Source of the DNA: Eledone cirrhosa
Lineage: Eukaryota
Assembly: GCA_964016885.1 (NCBI GenBank)
Contig: OZ024744.1
Span: forward strand, 2,914,001-2,978,000
Reading direction: 5' to 3'
DNA: 64,000 bases
In this document: positions 63,801 to 64,000 of the stretch, in pieces
Layout: each line of letters begins with the position of its first letter
How positions within the stretch are numbered: position 1 is the first letter of the stretch
Program-made: the position numbers and the translations under genes
Notes under the pieces: model-generated
Database searches by the model: none
Told to the model about the DNA's origin: nothing
What the model saw: the letters and a program-made list of their open reading frames with translations, nothing else

Positions 63801-64000
63801 TGGTGAAGAACGAAGTTTTGTGGGAAGACAAGGTAGAGAAAGATAGCTTGGTGAAGAACGAAGTTTTGGGGGAAGACAAGGTAGAGAAAGATAGCTTGGT
63901 GAATAACGAAGTTTTGGGAGAAGACAAGGTAGAGAAAGATAGCTTGGTGAAGAACGACGTTTTGAGGGAAGACAAGGCAGAGAAAGATAGCTTGGTGAAG
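51598..64000 (+). repeat. Serial higher-order units with offsets 2,392, 1,771, 2,775 and ~2,823 bp
   Basis: Marker GTAAGAAATATAGC occurs at 52349, 54741, 56512 and 59287 (also 45557). Marker AAGTTAGAG gives the minus-strand stops at 52587, 54979, 56750, 59525 and 62348. Confidence 0.85.

Larger units (their letters stand above)
1..64000 (+). repeat. 48-bp tandem satellite array, about 1,340 head-to-tail monomers, consensus TTGGTGAAGAACGAAGTTTTGGGGGAAGACAAGGTAGAGAAAGATAGC; extends beyond both window ends
   Basis: The monomer is directly visible throughout (e.g. full copy at 36-83). The core GAGAAAGATAGCTTGGTGAA recurs every 47-48 bp, and the ORF track shows the same 16-aa period everywhere. 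No non-repeat sequence was seen. Confidence 0.99.
31740..64000 (+). repeat. Right sub-domain of the array (variant set B)
   Basis: Diagnostic variants first appear here and then recur: GAAGATTTG (from ~31753), AGGGGAGAC (~32050), TTGAAGGAAGACAAGGCAGAG (~32332), AAGAAGGAAG (~33805) and GAAGATAATG (~34301). Confidence 0.8.

Noticed and set aside
19502-63975. Giant minus-strand ORFs (764-9,578 aa) as real CDS
   Set aside because: They overlap in all three frames, begin at arbitrary TTG codons, switch peptide at each indel, and follow automatically from a stop-free 48-mer. Kept only as a hypothesis in the findings.
1-64000. CRISPR array (constant ~20-bp core alternating with a variable part)
   Set aside because: The variable part is the same sequence with 1-4 substitutions rather than unique spacers. 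No leader or cas genes are present.
1-64000. Canonical intramolecular G-quadruplex array or true telomere
   Set aside because: G-tracts are about 43 nt apart and often interrupted (AGG, TGG, GTG, GGA variants), and T4G4 is never tandem.
1-64000. Assignment to a named satellite family, organism or Plasmodium-type glutamate-rich antigen
   Set aside because: I do not recognise the monomer with confidence, and the resemblance to E/K-rich antigens is only compositional. A database search is required.

Overview
The whole 64-kb window is one uninterrupted, single-orientation tandem array (satellite DNA) of a 48-bp monomer. The consensus is TTGGTGAAGAACGAAGTTTTGGGGGAAGACAAGGTAGAGAAAGATAGC, with roughly 1,340 copies (estimated from length), and the array runs off both window edges. 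I saw no unique-sequence gene, RNA gene, transposon, CRISPR spacer or inversion. The + strand consensus is 75% purine (18 A, 18 G, 9 T, 3 C). One + frame reads as a 16-aa E/K-rich repeat (LVKNEVLGEDKVEKDS), but recurrent 47-bp monomer variants break it every few units. The - strand consensus is stop-free in all three frames, which produces the giant ORFs (up to 9,578 aa). I treat all listed ORFs as by-products of the repeat, not as supported genes. The real structure lies in the variant pattern: a small alphabet of linked monomer haplotypes, nested kb-scale near-identical duplications (offsets 1.8-8.5 kb), and two sub-domains with different diagnostic variants meeting at about 30.7-32.3 kb. 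Organism, chromosomal role and transcription cannot be determined from the sequence alone, and I do not recognise a named satellite family. Block boundaries were read by eye and are approximate to within a few monomers.
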